Part shown: positions 16,609 to 17,866 of the stretch, one piece after another
How the letters are laid out: each line of letters begins with the position of its first letter
How positions within the stretch are numbered: the first letter of the stretch is position 1
Origin: Minisyncoccia bacterium
GTDB taxonomy: Bacteria > Patescibacteriota > Minisyncoccia > SW-4-49-11
Direction of reading: 5' to 3'
DNA length: 17,866 bases
NCBI GenBank assembly: GCA_044356725.1
Contig: JBIKVS010000015.1
Coordinates: forward strand, 1 to 17,866
The notes under the pieces: generated by a model
What the model was told of the DNA's origin: nothing
The model's input: the letters and a program-made list of their open reading frames with translations, nothing else
Database searches by the model: none
Position numbers and translations under genes: made by a program

Positions 16609-17637
16609 TTATAATAAATTAAGAACTGAACTTACATGTTTCATCAACATAGAGGTGTAACTCCATTCATTATCATACCATGCCATTACTTTAATTAAAT
16701 CTCCATCTACTACTTGTGTTAAATCCAAAGCTACCAAACTACCATAAGAATTTTTTAAGATATCTGTTGATACAATGGGATCTTTAGTTACTCCTAGAAT
16801 ACCTTTCCATCTTTCAGACTCCGAGGCATTAATTAATATTTGATTAACTTCCTCAACAGTAGTATCCCTTGATACTAAAATTGTCAAATCTATCAACGAA
16901 CCAGCTACTACAGGCACTCTAACTGCAACCCCATCAAATTTATTAGCTAAATCAGGAATGACTTTACTCACTGCTTTAGCTGCTCCAGTGGTAGAAGGAA
17001 TGATATTCTGAGCTCCAGCTCTACCTCTTCTTAAATCACTAGGGTCAGCCATCCCATCGACTAAAGACTGAGTGGCTGTATAGGCATGAATTGTTGATAA
17101 TAAAGCCTTTTCAATACCTAAAGCTTCGTGTATAACTGCTGCTACTGGATTCGTAGCATTGGTAGTACAAGAGGCATTAGAAGTAATCAAAACATCTTTG
17201 AGTCCTTCTTCATTCAAAGCTGGGGTTATCATTGGAGTTTCATCTTTGGTAGGAGCTGAAATTACCACTCTTTTTGCTCCAGCTTCAATATGTGCTTGTG
17301 ACTTTTCGGTACTTGTAAAGAATCCAGTTGACTCAATTACAATATCAACACCCAAAGATTTCCAAGGCAAGTTAGCAGGCTCTCTCTCTGAGCATACTAA
17401 AATTTCTTGTTCATCTACTTTAATGTATGGCTTTCCTTCTCTTTCTATCACCGATACATCTTGTGGAATAGTACCGTAGACTGAGTCATATTTTACTAAA
17501 TAAGCTAAGTTATGAACATCTCCTAAATCATTGACAGCTACAATTTCTAACTGTTCATTATATGGTGGTAAAAGAGCAATTTTTAACACTGTTCTTCCAA
17601 TTCTCCCAAAACCATTGATCGCTATTCTTTTTTTCAT
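16609..17637 (-). CDS. gap: Type I glyceraldehyde-3-phosphate dehydrogenase
   Basis: INGFGRIGR, NDL, ESTGFF, catalytic SNASCTTN, HAYTATQ, PSTTGAAKAV, RVPV and WYDNEW. Confidence 0.98.
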   Translation of the reverse strand: MKKRIAINGFGRIGRTVLKIALLPPYNEQLEIVAVNDLGDVHNLAYLVKYDSVYGTIPQDVSVIEREGKPYIKVDEQEILVCSEREPANLPWKSLGVDIVIESTGFFTSTEKSQAHIEAGAKRVVISAPTKDETPMITPALNEEGLKDVLITSNASCTTNATNPVAAVIHEALGIEKALLSTIHAYTATQSLVDGMADPSDLRRGRAGAQNIIPSTTGAAKAVSKVIPDLANKFDGVAVRVPVVAGSLIDLTILVSRDTTVEEVNQILINASESERWKGILGVTKDPIVSTDILKNSYGSLVALDLTQVVDGDLIKVMAWYDNEWSYTSMLMKHVSSVLNLL

Positions 17638-17662
17638 AATATAGATTTTATTAATAATATTT

Positions 17663-17671
17663 ATTGTAACA
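17663..17671 (-). promoter_or_regulatory. Possible extended -10 promoter for gap
   Basis: TG-t-TACAAT on the minus strand, 25 nt upstream of the gap ATG. No clear -35. Confidence 0.45.
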
Positions 17672-17712
17672 TAATTTAACTATTAAATTAAGAGATCTAA
17701 TAGTTAAATTAT
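17671..17712. repeat. Perfect 15-bp inverted repeat with 12-nt spacer
   Basis: ATAATTTAACTATTA (17671-17685) and TAATAGTTAAATTAT (17698-17712). Confidence 0.8.
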
Positions 17713-17865
17713 AGGACTACCCATAGAATTAGCATTAAATTCATCTGCAGATACTGGAATTACATCATTCCATCTATAACCTCTTGCATTAAATATACTT
17801 AGAGTACTTACCCACCTCTTAGCTCCATTTTCTATTAAATACACCTTACCTTCATATAATATAAG
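17704..17865 (-). CDS. Partial CDS (C-terminal 53 aa) carrying a CPR-type surface-protein repeat
   Basis: Not in the ORF track. My translation is LILYEGKVYLIENGAKRWVSTLSIFNARGYRWNDVIPVSADEFNANSMGSPII*, matching the VYLIxNGxKRW...F..xGYxWxDV..VS...GxPI repeat common in secreted CPR proteins. It runs off the window edge. Confidence 0.75.
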   Translation of the reverse strand, partial: LILYEGKVYLIENGAKRWVSTLSIFNARGYRWNDVIPVSADEFNANSMGSPII

Positions 17866-17866
17866 T

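Noticed and set aside
17150-17185. GAPDH active site SCTTNA instead of SCTTNC
   Set aside because: The catalytic Cys is intact. Loss of the second Cys is a known natural variant.
15606-17479. Plus-strand ORFs 15606-15791 and 17159-17479
   Set aside because: Antisense shadows of ftsK and gap.
17664-17691. dif-like half site TTATGTTACAA on the minus strand
   Set aside because: It resembles a XerD arm, but the partner arm (TTAATTTAATA) lacks the expected ATAA end. It is better explained as the extended -10 of gap.
264-17865. Alternative genetic code (all 12 stop codons are TAA)
   Set aside because: Conserved genes are full length under code 11 with no in-frame TGA or TAG, so there is no sign of code 25 recoding. 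TAA preference fits low GC.
1-17866. CRISPR array, tRNA, rRNA or IS element
   Set aside because: No regularly spaced repeats, cloverleaf motifs, rRNA-like segments or transposase ORFs were seen.

Overview
This is a low-GC chromosomal window, most likely from a Patescibacteria (CPR) genome. That call is an inference from a DUF5663-like gene, a CPR-type surface-protein repeat at the right edge, Asp-less receiver domains, a reduced RNase P RNA and the absence of Shine-Dalgarno motifs. On the minus strand, right to left: the 3' end of a surface-repeat protein, a tight housekeeping run (gap, HIT, ftsK, rodZ-like, eno, tandem pseudo-receiver, recJ), the RNase P RNA gene rnpB (not in the ORF track), a WcaJ/CpsE-type sugar transferase, a 1889-aa modular membrane protein and a DUF5663-like gene. 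These converge on a plus-strand GT4-like glycosyltransferase with eroded catalytic motifs. The most notable signal is a tandem pair of Ltp-like (phage superinfection-exclusion lipoprotein) repeats embedded in the giant protein, alongside three other internal repeat types. Also notable are the double pseudo-receiver, the hybrid-looking RNase P RNA structure and an apparent strand-skew switch across the window. All family assignments are by motif recognition; no searches were run.
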